Source of the DNA: an uncultured cyanobacterium | GTDB taxonomy: Bacteria > Cyanobacteriota > Cyanobacteriia > Cyanobacteriales > Microcystaceae | Direction of reading: 5' to 3' | DNA length: 45,050 nt | Assembly: GCA_963807635.1 (NCBI GenBank) | Contig: CAWEDJ010000083.1 | Coordinates: 1 to 45,050 of the forward strand | Shown: piece after piece, positions 43,122 through 45,050 of the stretch | Layout of the letters: each line of letters starts with the position of its first letter | How positions within the stretch are numbered: the stretch's first letter is position 1 | The notes under the pieces: generated by a model | What the model saw: only the letters and a program-made list of their open reading frames with translations | Told to the model about the DNA's origin: nothing | Databases searched by the model: none | Program-made: the position numbers and the translations under genes

Positions 43122-43673
43122 TTAGTCATCCCAACAGCCTGAAGGTTTTTCCTTTCTTTCTCCTTTCCCCCAATCGGCAGGATAAATTCCCTGAGCAATA
43201 AAACGGTGAATACTAGAATACGGCCAATCCTGGGGATTTTGGCATAAACCATGTCGAACAGGATTATCATGAATATAATCACAATGTAGCGCAAAATCTC
43301 GCTCATTTCGGATTAAATGCTCCCAAAAACGACGTTGCCAAAGATTACTTTCCCCGCGCTTTTGCCGTGATTGAGAAATATCTCGATTAATCCCTAAAGC
43401 TTGCCCATAATGTTTGGTAACATAGGTTTTAATCAATCGCAATCGTACCGATAAATCCGAATCATCAGCAGGTAACGTCCATAAACAATGAAAATGATCG
43501 GGCAATAAAACAAAAGCCTCAATCGAAAAAGGATATTTCTGTCTTACCTTTTCTATTGCTTCCCTCAATCCCTTTCTTCCAATATCGCTACAAAGCCACT
43601 TATCCCTCTGATAAGTCACTTGGGTAATAAAATATGTCCCCTCAGAAACATGAGGTCTTCTATAATTGGACAT
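43122..43673 (-). CDS. REP-associated tyrosine transposase (RAYT, IS200/IS605 superfamily)
   Basis: YFITQVT, LPDHFH (HUH), WQRRFWEHLIR, DYIH.NPV, WPYSS. Confidence 0.92.
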   Translation of the reverse strand: MSNYRRPHVSEGTYFITQVTYQRDKWLCSDIGRKGLREAIEKVRQKYPFSIEAFVLLPDHFHCLWTLPADDSDLSVRLRLIKTYVTKHYGQALGINRDISQSRQKRGESNLWQRRFWEHLIRNERDFALHCDYIHDNPVRHGLCQNPQDWPYSSIHRFIAQGIYPADWGKGERKEKPSGCWDD

Positions 43674-43746
43674 ATAAACCTGATAAAAGCGAAAATTAAA
43701 CGATTTATCTCGATTTTATAAATTGGTAGGTAATGCTACGTTAAAC

Positions 43747-44082
43747 TTAATCAAGAACAGCCTTAATTTTTGCTAAAACCTCCTGAACAATGGCTAAAGG
43801 AACCTGTTCAACAAAGCGATATTGACGAGCGTGAAAATCCAACGTTTTAAGCTGATCCGTCCGAATTGCTCCCGTTGTTTGAGTGCCACATCCATCAAGC
43901 GAAACCTCAAAAGCCCATCCTCTTTGAGTATTCGTAATCGGACAAGCCCAAAGCGTTTTCGTTTTAGCATTAAAAGCTAATGGACTAACAACAAAAGCAG
44001 GCCTGCTTCCCGCTTGTTCATGTCCTTTCGTTGGGTTAAAACTAATAAAAATAATATCTCCTCTGTTAGGAATTTTTACCAC
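43747..44082 (-). CDS. mazF: PemK/MazF toxin
   Basis: RGDII, FNPTKGHEQAGSRPA.VVSP, CPIT, DQLKTLD; GTG start overlapping the mazE end. Confidence 0.92.
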   Translation of the reverse strand: MVKIPNRGDIIFISFNPTKGHEQAGSRPAFVVSPLAFNAKTKTLWACPITNTQRGWAFEVSLDGCGTQTTGAIRTDQLKTLDFHARQYRFVEQVPLAIVQEVLAKIKAVLD

Positions 44083-44330
44083 AGTTCCCTTCCCACAGGC
44101 GACGCTTCTAACCACTCTCGATCTTCTGAACTTTGAGTCAAATCATCAGGCATTCCTGCCAACAACTCATCAAGACTGTAATGGGGCGCGGACTTAGCGA
44201 TCGTAATCTGATTTCCTTCGATATTAATACTGATTGAAGAACCAATCGGTAATTGTATCTGCTCTAACAAATCGGCTGGTATCGCAATGTGAGGAGAACC
44301 GTTAATATCTTTCACTGTGGTGATTACCAT
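44076..44330 (-). CDS. mazE: AbrB/MazE antitoxin
   Basis: IAIPADLL, YSLDELLA, PVGRELW; upstream of mazF. Confidence 0.88.
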   Translation of the reverse strand: MVITTVKDINGSPHIAIPADLLEQIQLPIGSSISINIEGNQITIAKSAPHYSLDELLAGMPDDLTQSSEDREWLEASPVGRELW

Positions 44331-44481
44331 AAGAATTAATTACCGTATGGGGGCTGTATGCTTCAATTGTAAAGGGATAACATAGCGATCGCTACTTTTC
44401 ACCTGACAGATCGGCTAAAGTTATAAGGCGATCGCCGAAAAATAATTTGTAAATTAACTATCAGTAAATCATAAATTTACA

Positions 44482-45030
44482 ATGCAATCTCCTTCTCGTA
44501 CAAACACCTTAGACAACCTAGAAACCTTTCTCCAACAACCCAACATTGAAAACTCACCCGCATGGGAGTTTATTCAAGGGAAAGCCCAACAGAAACCGAT
44601 GCCCACCCTTTTTCATTCCCGTCTTCAACGTAACCTAGTTAACCAAATTAACAACCGAACCCAATCCTACGAAGCCATTCAAGAACTCCGTTGCATTGTT
44701 CCGCCCCTTTCTCCTGTTCCTGATATTGCCATCATTCAACGCGATCGACTTTCCGATGAAGATGGCCCCTTTCAAGGTTCACCCGACTGGCTAATCGAAA
44801 TTCGCTCTCCCAATCAAAGCATGTTAGATTTACAAAGTAAAATTTTGCATTGCCTAAGCAACGGAACTCAACTCGCCTGGTTAATTGACATTCAACGCCG
44901 ACAAATTTGGGTCTGGGAAAAACAGGAATTACCCCTAATTTATGCAGGAAATGATCAACTTCCTACTTTAGATAACATTTCTGATTTTACAGTAGAGACA
45001 ATCATTGCCCTAACTCAACAACAAGCTTAG
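44482..45030 (+). CDS. Uma2-family endonuclease
   Basis: WEFIQG..QKPMP..FHSRLQ, VPDIA, PDWLIEIRSP, GTQLAWLID. Confidence 0.92.
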   Translation: MQSPSRTNTLDNLETFLQQPNIENSPAWEFIQGKAQQKPMPTLFHSRLQRNLVNQINNRTQSYEAIQELRCIVPPLSPVPDIAIIQRDRLSDEDGPFQGSPDWLIEIRSPNQSMLDLQSKILHCLSNGTQLAWLIDIQRRQIWVWEKQELPLIYAGNDQLPTLDNISDFTVETIIALTQQQA

Positions 45031-45050
45031 AAATCTGGATTAAATAGAAT

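Overview
Cyanobacterial DNA (frequent HIP1 octamer GCGATCGC), most likely a plasmid. The left part has an IS630 end, prfH, parAB with two identical 24-bp palindromes (candidate parS), a strawberry-notch methylase/helicase and a large primase-helicase Rep. From about 14.5 to 39.5 kb lies an apparently complete extracellular contractile injection system (eCIS, Afp/PVC-like): cap, sheaths, tubes, chaperone, LysM initiator, hub, spike, gp25, baseplate, fibre, Pvc10-like tip, AAA+ ATPase and a DUF4157 effector. Its unusual features are a sheath carrying a Ser-Asp repeat plus four inserted modules, a truncated sheath paralogue with a different insert, a tail-chaperone pair that looks like a G/GT programmed frameshift, RNA-polymerase beta'-like modules in the baseplate, and an unassigned HH-motif effector domain. 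The right end is a mobile/TA island: yefM-yoeB split by IS630 (itself split by IS5), REP/RAYT, mazEF and Uma2. About 11 single-base frameshifts, including in parA and rep, look like assembly errors. All family assignments come from motif recognition, not database searches.
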